From: Patescibacteria group bacterium
Lineage (GTDB): Bacteria; Patescibacteriota; Patescibacteriia; 2-01-FULL-39-33
Length of the DNA stretch: 32,000 nt
Assembly (NCBI GenBank): GCA_041662745.1
Contig: JBAZRV010000002.1
Coordinates: 180,001-212,000 of the forward strand
Direction: 5' to 3'
Both the position numbers and the translations under genes were made by a program. Under the pieces are notes generated by a model. It was not told where the DNA came from. It searched no databases and saw only the letters and a list, made by a program, of their open reading frames with translations. Positions within the stretch are counted from its first letter, which is position 1. Every line of letters begins with the position of its first letter. This document shows, in pieces, positions 1-9,029 of the stretch.

Positions 1-1
1 G

Positions 2-265
2 ATCGCTACTTTATTCTCCTACGAGGATGAGGTTGCGCCGGCTAGAATCTTGGCCGCTTTTGCCAAAGATCAGGATAAAATCCAGTTTGCCGGTGGTATT
101 TTTGAGGGCCAGTATATTGACGCCGTTAAGGTTAGGGAGCTGTCTCTGATTCCTTCCCGTCAGGTTTTATTGGGCAAGCTTGTCGGCTGTATCGCTAATC
201 CGCTGTCCGGCATCGCCCGCGTTTTGAACGCCATTAAGGAGAGCAAAGAAAAAGAAGCTGTTTAA
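2..265 (+). CDS. rplJ: 50S ribosomal protein L10, C-terminal part (truncated by window edge)
   Basis: Frame open from the window start; C-terminal protein FAGGIFEGQYIDAVKVRELSLIPSRQVLLGKLVGCIANPLSGIARVLNAI is L10-like; immediately upstream of rplL. Confidence 0.9.
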   Translation: MATLFSYEDEVAPARILAAFAKDQDKIQFAGGIFEGQYIDAVKVRELSLIPSRQVLLGKLVGCIANPLSGIARVLNAIKESKEKEAV

Positions 266-293
266 TTGTCAATAATAAACTAATATAAATCAT

Positions 294-686
294 ATGTCTG
301 AAGAAAAAAACATCGTCGTTCCCGAGAAGTTCAAAACCCTCGTTGAACAGATTGAAAAGTTATCCGTTATTGACTTGGCCGAATTAGTCAAAGTTTTAGA
401 AGAGAAGTTCGGCGTTTCCGCTGCCGCTCCGGTCATGATGGCCGCCGCCGGTGCCGCTCCCGCCGCCGAGGAGAAAGACAGCTTTGATGTTGAATTGACC
501 GCCGCCGGCGTTCAGAAGATCAACGTTATCAAGGTTGTTCGCACTATCACCAGCTTGGGCTTGAAAGAGGCCAAGGACTTGGTTGACGGCGCTCCGAAGA
601 TGGTTAAGGAAGGCGCAAAAAAGGAAGAAGCCGAAAAGATTAAGAAAGAATTGGAAGAAGCCGGCGCTACCGTTACTTTGAAATAA
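294..686 (+). CDS. rplL: 50S ribosomal protein L7/L12
   Basis: 130 aa; Ala-rich hinge and C-terminal [72 protein letters not shown] are characteristic. Confidence 0.97.
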   Translation: MSEEKNIVVPEKFKTLVEQIEKLSVIDLAELVKVLEEKFGVSAAAPVMMAAAGAAPAAEEKDSFDVELTAAGVQKINVIKVVRTITSLGLKEAKDLVDGAPKMVKEGAKKEEAEKIKKELEEAGATVTLK

Positions 687-700
687 GAATCTCTTGTTAA

Positions 701-736
701 AAAACACACTCAGTCAAATGAGTGTGTTTTTTGTTT
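701..736 (+). terminator. Rho-independent terminator after rplL
   Basis: AAAACACACTCA-GTCAAA-TGAGTGTGTTTT followed by TTGTTTG. Confidence 0.85.
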
Positions 737-776
737 GCGTATATTTTTTGTCGTTTTTGGCTCAGGAACATAGGAT

Positions 777-2999
777 TTAGAAGTCCCAATCAATCTGGTA
801 AATTTTGCCGTCAAACAACACCCAGAATTTTTTGTCTTTGGCTGAACCGACAAAGGAGGCGCCGGTCGTGATGAACGGTCCGGTATACTGGCGTTTTAAA
901 ATGTTTTTATCGTCTAAGATTACTAATCGTCCGACGGTCGCATCCAATAAATATTGCCAAGCGCCATCTTTGGCTGACTGGCTGATGGTGGAGGAGGCGA
1001 TGGGCGGCTCCAGGGTCAAGGATTTCAAATCCAGCTTAATATTAAAGTAATCTTTGCTTGGCTTGAATTTTACGGCTGACATGTTGGATAATGTCAGCTT
1101 GTAAATTGAATTATCGCCGTTAACGACAGCCAGGGTTTTATCATCAATCGCCGTCAGCTTCTTGGCGTTAGAAATAGTGGAAGTGGCCGTGGTCCATTGC
1201 CAGGTGGCGGAGTCCAAACGATAAAATTTGGCGTCGCTATTGTTGAATACCCAAAAGTATTTGCCGGTTTTGGCCAAGCCGGCAATATCAGCCGAAGAAT
1301 TGCTGAGTTTTAAATCAATTACCGGTTTTAAGTCGGTCAGATTGGTTTCTTTTCCTAAGGCGCGTCGGACGTCGTCAATTTTTTGTTTTAGGTCATTTAT
1401 CGTGGCTTGGTTTGACCGTTTGACGGGGATTGTTTTCAGCAGTTCTTCAGCTTGAGCCAGGGAGGCGTAGGCGCCTTTTTCGTCATTAAAGATATTTTGC
1501 GCCTCGGCGTTATCCACCAAGCCCTGTATTTGATTGCCGATTTTGCCGATCGGCGAAGTTTGAGGCGAGTTTAATTCCGAGGATCTGCCAATCCAGACTA
1601 CGCTTTGGCTGAAAATTAATAATAAGACCAGGGCGGCGATAAGCGATCCTTTTTGCCAGATATTCAAACTAAGGAAGTTTTTGATCAAGTCGTTGATTCG
1701 CCCGTTGATTTTTTGCGCCAACCAGCCCGAACTGAATCTTTCTTGCCAGTTAAGCAATGATTTGGGACGCGGTTGCTCTATCGCGTCTTGCGCCACTTCG
1801 CTTTGCATCGGTTCCGGCGCCGACATGAATTCGTCAGTCGTCAATTCTTCGTTCAGTATTTCTTCTTGGGTCGGCCGTTTTGATTCTATATTATTGATGA
1901 TGCGCTTGGCCTTGGCGGCGCGTCCGGCGATGATTTTATTGGCTAATAAGTTATAGCCGGCATGAAGCTTTCTTCCCAGCCAGACCAGGGTAACATTGAG
2001 CCCGCGTCCCAGCCAGACCAGGCTGATTTTAAGATACTTGAAAAGCAAAACGAAAAATTTCTGCCAGGCCGGCATCAGCGACGGCGTCAAGTATTGTTCG
2101 GTTCGCACCTGGGTGATAAGCAGGCGATCCAGCGATGATTGGGTTTTGCCTTCCGCCGGAGATGTTTGTCCCGGTCCGGCCGGCCGGGGGTTGTCAACCC
2201 GCATTCTGTCAAACTGATAAGGCTGTTTTGCCGGAGTTGTGGCCGCAGTTTCGGTTGCCGTTGCTCCCGCTTCGGTTGTGACGGCGCTAACGGGCGAGAT
2301 CGGTTGGAAGTCGGCGGATTTAAGCAGAACCGAGTAGTAATTGGATTTTAACGGTTGGGAATGAAGAGTCGCCTCTAATTTCTTTAGGCCTTCCTCGGCC
2401 GGCGCCAAAGCCAGCATTTCACCCAGGTCGTTTTGCGACAGGAGCGACAGGAATTCATTGTTGCACACCATGAGCGTATCGCGTTCCGTGATTTCACCGG
2501 AGATGATATTGGAGAAAACCTTTTCCGGTTCCGGTTTGGGCCGTTCTTCGCCCGTGTCCAAGATGTTTATAATCAATAAACCGCCGTTTTTCTTTTGGCG
2601 GAAAAATAGCGCTTGGGAACGGCCGGTATGGCTAAGGAAAATCTTATTGCCCAGGGACAAGCCCATGACAAGCCGCAAATTCCTCAAATCAATCGGGTAG
2701 ATTGATTCGCTCACGGCCGTACTGATGCGGCGGTTGGCCCTGGTTAAGGCCTCTTCAAAGCGCCGTTCCGGTTTTTTATCGTCAAAAGGGGGCAGGTAAT
2801 ATTCGGTTTTAAGGTCGCCGATGGCGTCCAGCACCCGGTCAATGAAAATATCGTTTAAATTGTAAATTTCCACAATACCAAAAATCACGCCCAGCCGGTT
2901 AATCAGGGTTTTCTCCGGCTTGACAACAAAAGCGCTGCCGATGATGTTAGCATCGGCTTCCATAGCCAATCGGGCCGTTGTTAGGTTTTTTCCTTCCAT
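777..2999 (-). CDS. Large membrane protein, possible degenerate PP2C-like N-terminal region plus TM segment and C-terminal beta-propeller-like region
   Basis: 740 aa ORF; N-terminal half has FLSHTGRSQALFFRQ...SGEITERDTLMVCNNEFLSLLS; hydrophobic segment GSLIAALVLLLIFSQSVVW; C-terminus has repeated strand-like units (FWVFNNSDAKFYRLDSATWQW, FWVLFDGKIYQIDW). Confidence 0.6.
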   Translation of the reverse strand: MEGKNLTTARLAMEADANIIGSAFVVKPEKTLINRLGVIFGIVEIYNLNDIFIDRVLDAIGDLKTEYYLPPFDDKKPERRFEEALTRANRRISTAVSESIYPIDLRNLRLVMGLSLGNKIFLSHTGRSQALFFRQKKNGGLLIINILDTGEERPKPEPEKVFSNIISGEITERDTLMVCNNEFLSLLSQNDLGEMLALAPAEEGLKKLEATLHSQPLKSNYYSVLLKSADFQPISPVSAVTTEAGATATETAATTPAKQPYQFDRMRVDNPRPAGPGQTSPAEGKTQSSLDRLLITQVRTEQYLTPSLMPAWQKFFVLLFKYLKISLVWLGRGLNVTLVWLGRKLHAGYNLLANKIIAGRAAKAKRIINNIESKRPTQEEILNEELTTDEFMSAPEPMQSEVAQDAIEQPRPKSLLNWQERFSSGWLAQKINGRINDLIKNFLSLNIWQKGSLIAALVLLLIFSQSVVWIGRSSELNSPQTSPIGKIGNQIQGLVDNAEAQNIFNDEKGAYASLAQAEELLKTIPVKRSNQATINDLKQKIDDVRRALGKETNLTDLKPVIDLKLSNSSADIAGLAKTGKYFWVFNNSDAKFYRLDSATWQWTTATSTISNAKKLTAIDDKTLAVVNGDNSIYKLTLSNMSAVKFKPSKDYFNIKLDLKSLTLEPPIASSTISQSAKDGAWQYLLDATVGRLVILDDKNILKRQYTGPFITTGASFVGSAKDKKFWVLFDGKIYQIDWDF

Positions 3000-3102
3000 T
3001 TAGGCGAGAAAATTCAGAATTTTCTTAATTTTAGCCCTTTACATTATGATAGTAATATTATACAATATATGTATCTTAATATCAAGCTATGAGACCAGTT
3101 TT

Positions 3103-3696
3103 ATGTTAGAAAAACTATTCGGTTCCAAAACCAGGGTCCTCCTGCTCAAGCTTTTCCTGAATAATCCCAACCAACCGTATTTTGTCCGCGAGTTGGCGCG
3201 TAATTTGGATTCCCATCTTAATGCTATTCGGCGCGAGTTGGAGAACTTGCAGGATTTGCAGATTATTAATTGTTTTGATAAGGCGGAGAAGGTGGAAGGT
3301 CAGGCCAATGACAATCGCAAATATTACCAGCTCAATCCGGATTTTCCGTTTATTGAAGAATTGCGTTCCGTGCTGGTCAAATCGCACTTATTGATGGAGC
3401 GGGCGTTAATAGGCAAAGTGGAGAAATTGGGAAACATAGATTTATTCTTATTATCCGGATTGTTTGTCGGCCGTGATGACGCTCCGGCCGATATGCTGAT
3501 TGTCGGCGGCGCCAACCGCGCCAAGCTGGCTCGGCTGGTGGCGGCGTTTGAGCGCGAAGTTGGCCGTACCATTAATTACACCGTATTGAGCAAAAGCGAT
3601 TATGCTTATCGGCGCGCTTTAGCTGATCGTTTTCTGTTTGATTTACTGGAAAACAAAAACATCATTCTAATTGACCATTTTCATAAGGGGGAATAG
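3103..3696 (+). CDS. Winged-helix (ArsR-like) transcriptional regulator with C-terminal nucleotidyltransferase-like region
   Basis: MLEKLFGSKTRVLLLKLFLNNPNQPYFVRELARNLDSHLNAIRRELENLQ is a wHTH; C-terminus ADMLIVGGANRAKLARLVAAFEREVGRTINYTVLSKSDYAYRR. ORF track starts at 3046; the internal Met is more likely. Confidence 0.7.
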   Translation: MLEKLFGSKTRVLLLKLFLNNPNQPYFVRELARNLDSHLNAIRRELENLQDLQIINCFDKAEKVEGQANDNRKYYQLNPDFPFIEELRSVLVKSHLLMERALIGKVEKLGNIDLFLLSGLFVGRDDAPADMLIVGGANRAKLARLVAAFEREVGRTINYTVLSKSDYAYRRALADRFLFDLLENKNIILIDHFHKGE

Positions 3697-3744
3697 GGCG
3701 AAAATGGCAGAGTCCAGTTGAAATGCCAATTATAAATAATTTTT

Positions 3745-5145
3745 ATGCTTAGAAAATTATTTTTCATTTTGCCAACCGCTTTTTTGATTTTCCTGGCTTT
3801 TTCGGTTTTGCCGGTGGCGGCCGCGGCCGCTGATCCGGTTAAGCCCGAGGTCAGGATTTTTAATTGGCGCGGAACCTTGCAGAAAAGCTTTACGGTATTT
3901 GGCGACGGTTACGCCAGCAGCATTGATTTGGCGGCGGCCAAAGGCGGCAAGGAAGAGCCGATTATCATCGTGTCAGCCGGCGGCGGCAATCAGCCGTTAG
4001 TGGAGGAATACGGGGTTGACGGCATCAAGCGCTATGAGTTTTTGGCTTATGCCGAAACATTCCGCGGCGGAGTCTATGTGTCGGCCGCGGACTTGGATGC
4101 CGACGGCCAAATAGAAGTCGTTACCGGCGCCGGCTATACCGGCGGTCCCCATGTCCGGGTGTGGCGAGGCGATCAGCCGCTGTATTCTTTTTTCCCTTTT
4201 GACAGCAAAGATCGCAAGGGTGTCAAAGTGCTGGCGGCCGATTTGGGGCATGACAACCAATCGGAAATATTGGCTTTCAGCAATTATAATTCTCCGGCTG
4301 AGTTGCTGTTTTTGGGCAATGACGGCCATCAGATCAAAAGTTTCAAACCCGATTGGCTGACTGATTATTTTTCCGGACTTAACGCCGTGGTGGGCGATTT
4401 TAACGGCGACGGCGTTAAAGAGATTGCCGTAGCCGGCGGTTCGGGCAACCCGGCCGAGGTGTATATTCTGGGCCAGGATAATAAAATAATTTCCACTATC
4501 ACTATCGGCGACGCCAATTACCATGGCGGGTTTAATTTGGCGGCCGGCGATGTTAACGGCGACGGCCGAGACGAATTGGTTGTGGGATTAAGTTTTAGCG
4601 GCAGCGATTGGGTGAGTGTTTATGATTCTTCCGGCAAGCGTCTGAGTGATTTTATGGCTTACGGCTGGGACGGGTTTGATCGGGGAGTGAAAGTGGCCAT
4701 GACCGACACCAACAACGACGGCTTGGCGGAAATTATCACTGTGCCGGAACGCATTGGTGAACTCAAGAGCCGTTCTTACAAATTCATTACTGTCAATTTG
4801 GCTGATCAGTTGTTGACTTATTGGCAGGACGGCAAATGGCTGGGCGATTTTCTGGTGTCTACGGGCAAAGCCAGCACGCCGACTCCGACGGGGGAGTATA
4901 ACATCTATTTGAAGCGCCCCAAAGTTACTATGAGCTGGTATTATGGGCCGGCTAATCCCTGGAATTACTTCTTGCCCAACGTGCCTTGGGTTGCGTCGTT
5001 TAAGGGGCCTTATACCATTCACGGCACCTATTGGCATAATAATTTCGGCCATCCCATGAGCCATGGCTGTGTCAATATGAAAACGCCCGAAGCCAAGATT
5101 ATTTATGATTGGGTGGACATCGGCACACCGGTGATTATTTATTAG
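3745..5145 (+). CDS. Secreted FG-GAP/VCBS-like repeat protein with C-terminal L,D-transpeptidase (YkuD-type) domain
   Basis: N-terminal signal peptide; repeats DLDADGQIEVVTGAG, DLGHDNQSEILAF, DFNGDGVKEIAVAGG, DVNGDGRDELVVG, DTNNDGLAEIITV; C-terminal HGTYWHNNFGHPMSHGCVNM catalytic motif. Confidence 0.88.
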   Translation: MLRKLFFILPTAFLIFLAFSVLPVAAAAADPVKPEVRIFNWRGTLQKSFTVFGDGYASSIDLAAAKGGKEEPIIIVSAGGGNQPLVEEYGVDGIKRYEFLAYAETFRGGVYVSAADLDADGQIEVVTGAGYTGGPHVRVWRGDQPLYSFFPFDSKDRKGVKVLAADLGHDNQSEILAFSNYNSPAELLFLGNDGHQIKSFKPDWLTDYFSGLNAVVGDFNGDGVKEIAVAGGSGNPAEVYILGQDNKIISTITIGDANYHGGFNLAAGDVNGDGRDELVVGLSFSGSDWVSVYDSSGKRLSDFMAYGWDGFDRGVKVAMTDTNNDGLAEIITVPERIGELKSRSYKFITVNLADQLLTYWQDGKWLGDFLVSTGKASTPTPTGEYNIYLKRPKVTMSWYYGPANPWNYFLPNVPWVASFKGPYTIHGTYWHNNFGHPMSHGCVNMKTPEAKIIYDWVDIGTPVIIY

Positions 5146-5174
5146 GCGAAGAATAATAGTTCGTAAAATAGCTA

Positions 5175-5483
5175 ATGTTTGCTTATTATATGTTTAAAGA
5201 AAACTCGCAACAATTTGAACGACCCGCGTCTCCCGAGACAGAAAATATCATATCTTTTGAAGAATTGTATGATTTTATAGAAGCTCAAGGAGAAATTCAC
5301 GGTTCTATAAAATCCTACGACGCGCCTATGCTTAGAAAAATCATTGAAAGAGTTAGACATGGCCACAGACCCATTGAATTTGTTACCAATACCATGGGCA
5401 TTAGAGACACTGTGCAAAGATTACTGCCTGATGATCCCGTGTATTTAAAATATACGAAAGGAAGTAAAGCTAAAAAAAATTAA
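5175..5483 (+). CDS. Hypothetical protein, about 97-102 aa
   Basis: Complete ORF; MFKENSQQFERPASPETENIISFEELYDFIEAQGEIHG...; no motif I can name. Start may be at the internal Met (MFKENS). Confidence 0.5.
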   Translation: MFAYYMFKENSQQFERPASPETENIISFEELYDFIEAQGEIHGSIKSYDAPMLRKIIERVRHGHRPIEFVTNTMGIRDTVQRLLPDDPVYLKYTKGSKAKKN

Positions 5484-5580
5484 TTAAATCTTATAATACT
5501 GAATATGCGGTTTGGAGCACCCCACCTGAATTTGTCTCACAAAACCTTAGATTTGATAAGGTGTTTGGCAGAGTTTTTAC

Positions 5581-5715
5581 AGAACGGGCTGCGGCTTCGC
5601 CTCGTTCTGCTTGCCGCTACCTGCCTGCCGGCAGACGTGATATCGCAGAGATCGGTATATACATAATGTCGCTAACCCCTTGCGGGCTTATCGCCACTCC
5701 GCATATACCGCAGCC
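5581..5715. other. Structured intergenic element with nested inverted repeats
   Basis: GGCTGCGG (5587-5594) / CCGCAGCC (5708-5715) exact inverted arms; inner CAGAACG/CGTTCTG; CTGCCGGCAG palindrome; CGCTAACCCC..GGGCTTATCG imperfect hairpin. Confidence 0.5.
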
Positions 5716-5864
5716 TTGTCAGGAATAAAATTAATTTTTATAAAATAGGAATTGGTTCAATGTAATTTATTGATAAAATTTTTGAGTATCGTGAAAAATT
5801 TCGGAAACTGAGATATGACGCATTTGTCGCAGATCTGCAAAGCGTTAAGACAAACATAATAATT

Positions 5865-6587
5865 ATGTCTATTGATAAAATAAAATTAGGCGATAATGAG
5901 TATCTGGTGGTGGATTTAACCCAACCGCTGCCCTTAAACGCCGAGGTTTATCCCGGCGATCCAAAACCGGAGCGGAGACTGTTTAGCGATATAGACAAAA
6001 CCGGGTGGCATCATTATATTCATGTTATCGGGGATCATGTTTTCCAGCCGCATGTTGACGGGCCGAATCACCAAAATCCTCAACTGAAAAGCCAGGGAGT
6101 GGAAACTTTTGGTATTGATTTTTGTTTTAATGATGCGTTTTTAATGGATTTATCCACTTCATCGGAAAGCCAAACCGTCAGAAGCATAAATTATCTGTTA
6201 GAAGTAAAGAAAAAACACCTTAAACCTTTTGTAGAATTATTTTCGCAAAAAAGCGCTGTTTTAATAAGAACTGGCTATGATAAGTGGCTGGAAGCGAATA
6301 ACCCTCACCAGCCGGAAAATCTGCCTTATTTAAGTAAGGAAGCTGCCGAATTCATTGCCTCTTTTCCCAACATCAAAGTCGTAGGAATAGATTCGTTATC
6401 TGTAGACCCTGCCAAAAGTCATGTGGCCCACCAAGAATTAAAACGCGTAATGATCGTTGAATCGTTGGTTCATCTTAATGAAATCCCTCAAGAACATAGA
6501 TTGAATTTCAGCTTGCAAACCTCGCCCATTAAAATAATCGGCGCGACAGGCGGTCCCGTTGTGGTTTATGCTTTTATTAAAAGTTAA
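5865..6587 (+). CDS. Cyclase family / kynurenine formamidase-like metal hydrolase
   Basis: 240 aa; HVIGDHVFQPHVDGPNHQNPQ resembles the HxGTHxDxPxH metal site of the cyclase family; VLIRTGYDKW and VVGIDSLSVD also fit. Confidence 0.7.
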   Translation: MSIDKIKLGDNEYLVVDLTQPLPLNAEVYPGDPKPERRLFSDIDKTGWHHYIHVIGDHVFQPHVDGPNHQNPQLKSQGVETFGIDFCFNDAFLMDLSTSSESQTVRSINYLLEVKKKHLKPFVELFSQKSAVLIRTGYDKWLEANNPHQPENLPYLSKEAAEFIASFPNIKVVGIDSLSVDPAKSHVAHQELKRVMIVESLVHLNEIPQEHRLNFSLQTSPIKIIGATGGPVVVYAFIKS

Positions 6588-6602
6588 AATTACTAGAACC
6601 AT

Positions 6603-6989
6603 ATGTCGTTAGAAAAAAGCAAACTAATTAACCAGTTGATTTATTGGGCGCCCAGGGTTTTGGGGCTGGTGTTTGTCGGTTTTCTGGCCCTGTTTTCTCT
6701 TGACGTTTTTTCCCTGGGTTTGGGTTTTTGGCAAACGGCGCTCGGCCTGCTAATGCATAACATTCCCGCCTTGATCCTTTTGGCGATCATTATCGTTTCT
6801 TGGAAATACGAGATAGTCGGCGGGATTGTTTTTGTTTTGTTCGGGCTGGCGTATATTGCCATGGTGCTCAACAATCCTTTTGAGTGGTATATGCTGGCCT
6901 GGCTGGCAGAGATTTCCGGAGTGGCGTTTTTGGTGGGGATCCTGTTTCTGATTAATTGGCGCCGAAGAAAGAAACAAGATCATTCATAA
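6603..6989 (+). CDS. Small integral membrane protein, about 4 TM
   Basis: 128 aa, several hydrophobic stretches (VLGLVFVGFLALFSL, LLMHNIPALILLAIIIVSW, IVGGIVFVLFGLAYIAMVL, GVAFLVGILFLINW). Confidence 0.6.
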   Translation: MSLEKSKLINQLIYWAPRVLGLVFVGFLALFSLDVFSLGLGFWQTALGLLMHNIPALILLAIIIVSWKYEIVGGIVFVLFGLAYIAMVLNNPFEWYMLAWLAEISGVAFLVGILFLINWRRRKKQDHS

Positions 6990-7000
6990 TAAAATCAATT

Positions 7001-7414
7001 ATGTTGCTTATTATCAATACAACTCCGGCCGATCATTTTGAATTATTATTGGCGCGCAACCGCGATGACTTCAAGCGCAAAAAAGTGACGGGCAAATTCC
7101 ATCATTCGGAAAAATTGGTGCCGGCTATCGCTTCATATTTAACGGCCAACAAGCTTGCCTGGGATAAATTGCGGGGCATCGGCGTAGTCGTCGGGCCCGG
7201 CGGGTTTACGTCGGTGCGCATCGGCGTGGCCGTGGCCAACGCTTTGGCCTTCGGTCGCAATCTGCCCATTGCCGGCATTAAGGCTGACGAGTTTGCTTCG
7301 GCGGGGGAGCTGGTGGCTAAGATACAGGAACGGCTTAAGGGGGTTAAACCGTCGCAAATCGTGTTGCCGTATTATGATCGCGAGCCCAATATAACCAAGG
7401 CGAAGATAAAATAA
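7001..7414 (+). CDS. tsaB: TsaB-like (t6A biosynthesis, glycoprotease-family N-terminal domain), short form
   Basis: MLLIINTTPADHF...FHHSEKLVPAIASYLTANKLAWDKLRGIGVVVGPGGFTSVRIGVAVANALAFG is the TsaB signature; ORF shorter than usual TsaB. Confidence 0.75.
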   Translation: MLLIINTTPADHFELLLARNRDDFKRKKVTGKFHHSEKLVPAIASYLTANKLAWDKLRGIGVVVGPGGFTSVRIGVAVANALAFGRNLPIAGIKADEFASAGELVAKIQERLKGVKPSQIVLPYYDREPNITKAKIK

Positions 7415-7501
7415 TCAGCCGATTGTGGATAAGTTTTTCGGTTGATTTTCATTAAGCAAAAAAGTTATCCACCGTTTGAAAAATATTAAAAAATCTTAGT
7501 T

Positions 7502-7532
7502 AAAAATAGCCAAAATTGGCTATTTTTTTATT
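7502..7532 (+). terminator. Rho-independent terminator upstream of mraZ
   Basis: AAAAATAGCCAAAATTGGCTATTTTTTTA. Confidence 0.75.
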
Positions 7533-7561
7533 ATATAAAAATGTTGAATTATGGTTGCTTG

Positions 7562-7612
7562 GTGGTGCTAAGTGGTGTATAATTATATCAGAGTGGTGAA
7601 ATGTGGTGAAAT
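7562..7612 (+). promoter_or_regulatory. Putative MraZ operator: four GTGGTG repeats
   Basis: GTGGTGctaa (7562), GTGGTGtata (7572), GTGGTGaaat (7593), GTGGTGaaat (7603): spacing 10, 21, 10 bp, immediately upstream of mraZ; overlaps a TATAAT. Confidence 0.7.
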
Positions 7613-7652
7613 ATAAGCCGCAAAAGCCACAACCTTGAGAGAATCCTTATTT

Positions 7653-8081
7653 ATGTTTATCGGCCAATACAATCATAACTTGGATGATAAGGGGCGCGTT
7701 GCCGTGCCCGCGAAGTTTCGTCCCGAACTCAAGAAAGCCGTGGTAACCAAGGGCTTGGACAGCTGTTTATTCTTGTATCCGCAGAAGGAATGGCAGAAGA
7801 TGGCCGAAGGCATTGCTGATTTGCCCATAGATAAATCCGGCAACCGCGCTTTTTCCCGTTCCATGCTGGCCGGCGCGGTGGAAGTGGAGTTTGATAAGCA
7901 GGGCAGGATAATTTTGCCTGACTATCTGCGCCGTTTTGCCGGCTTGAGCAAGAATGTCGTTATCGCCGGTTTGTATAACCGTTTGGAAATCTGGGATGAA
8001 GCCAAGTGGAACGGTTACCAGGCCGAAACGGAAAAGAATTACAACGAAATCGCCGAGGCCTTGCACGATCTTAAGCCATAA
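7653..8081 (+). CDS. mraZ: Transcriptional regulator / cell division protein MraZ
   Basis: MFIGQYNHNLDDKGRVAVPAKFRPEL...VEFDKQGRIILPDYLRRFAGLSKNVVIAGLYNRLEIWDE. Confidence 0.95.
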   Translation: MFIGQYNHNLDDKGRVAVPAKFRPELKKAVVTKGLDSCLFLYPQKEWQKMAEGIADLPIDKSGNRAFSRSMLAGAVEVEFDKQGRIILPDYLRRFAGLSKNVVIAGLYNRLEIWDEAKWNGYQAETEKNYNEIAEALHDLKP

Positions 8082-8124
8082 TTTATTTTCAACTTTGACT
8101 TTATAGACTTTAAAAGTAACAGCC

Positions 8125-9012
8125 ATGCCCTCCATTCATGAACCGGTCTTGCTTAAGGAAGTCTTGCGCTATCTTAATCCTCAACCGGGCGACAATTTCA
8201 TTGATTGCACCTTCGGCGGCGGCGGGCACTCCCTGGCGATTTTGGAACTGGTCAAGCCTGAGGGCAAGGTGCTGGGGATTGACTGGGATGCTGAAGCGAT
8301 TCAAGACAGCGCCAACAATAATCTTATCCTGGTTAACGATAATTACCGCAACTTAAAAAAGATAATCGGCGGACTTCCGGATTTCGGGCCGATTAACGGC
8401 ATCTTGCTGGATTTGGGCCTTTCTTCCGATCAGCTGGCCGCTGACGAACGCGGTTTCAGCTTCCAGTCAACGGGCGCGCTGGACTTGCGCTTTAACCAAG
8501 CAACCGGCCAAAGCGCCGCCGAGCTGATTAATGCTTCAAACGAAGCGGAGCTGATCAAGATTTTTACCGATTACGGCGAAGAACCGCTGGCCAAGCCGAT
8601 TGCGCGCGCGATAATCGCCGCGCGTCAGCAGGGCCGGAAAATAGAAACGGCGGAGGAATTGGCTGAAATAGTCTCCGATATTTATCAGAAGAAGTTCAAG
8701 ACGCCGTCCAGGAAGCATCCGGCTACGAGAGTTTTTCAGGCCTTGCGCATAGCGGTCAATGATGAATTCGGCAATATCGCCACCACCCTGCCTCAAGCCA
8801 TTGATCTGTTAGCGCCGGGCGGACGATTGGCGGTTATCTCTTTCCACTCCGGCGAAGATCGGTTAGTCAAAAGATTCTTTAAGGACATGGCCGGCAGCGA
8901 AGCGCCTCGGATAAAACTCATCACCAAGAAGCCGGTAGAAGCCGGAGCCGAAGAAACGGCCGCCAATCCGCGCAGCCGTTCCGCCAAACTAAGAGTCATA
9001 GAAAAAAATTAA
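8125..9012 (+). CDS. rsmH: 16S rRNA (cytosine(1402)-N(4))-methyltransferase RsmH
   Basis: HEPVLLKEVLRYLNPQPGDNFIDCTFGGGGHS...LLDLGLSSDQL...RVFQALRIAVNDE...FHSGEDRLVKRFF. Confidence 0.96.
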   Translation: MPSIHEPVLLKEVLRYLNPQPGDNFIDCTFGGGGHSLAILELVKPEGKVLGIDWDAEAIQDSANNNLILVNDNYRNLKKIIGGLPDFGPINGILLDLGLSSDQLAADERGFSFQSTGALDLRFNQATGQSAAELINASNEAELIKIFTDYGEEPLAKPIARAIIAARQQGRKIETAEELAEIVSDIYQKKFKTPSRKHPATRVFQALRIAVNDEFGNIATTLPQAIDLLAPGGRLAVISFHSGEDRLVKRFFKDMAGSEAPRIKLITKKPVEAGAEETAANPRSRSAKLRVIEKN

Positions 9013-9029
9013 TTATAAAATATAATCCT

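Noticed and set aside
396-707. Minus-strand 103-aa ORF opposite rplL
   Set aside because: Fully antisense to a confident ribosomal protein gene; a shadow of its codon pattern.
3997-5064. Minus-strand ORFs (175 and 158 aa) opposite the L,D-transpeptidase gene
   Set aside because: Antisense to a well-supported CDS with clear domain motifs; composition reflects the opposite strand.
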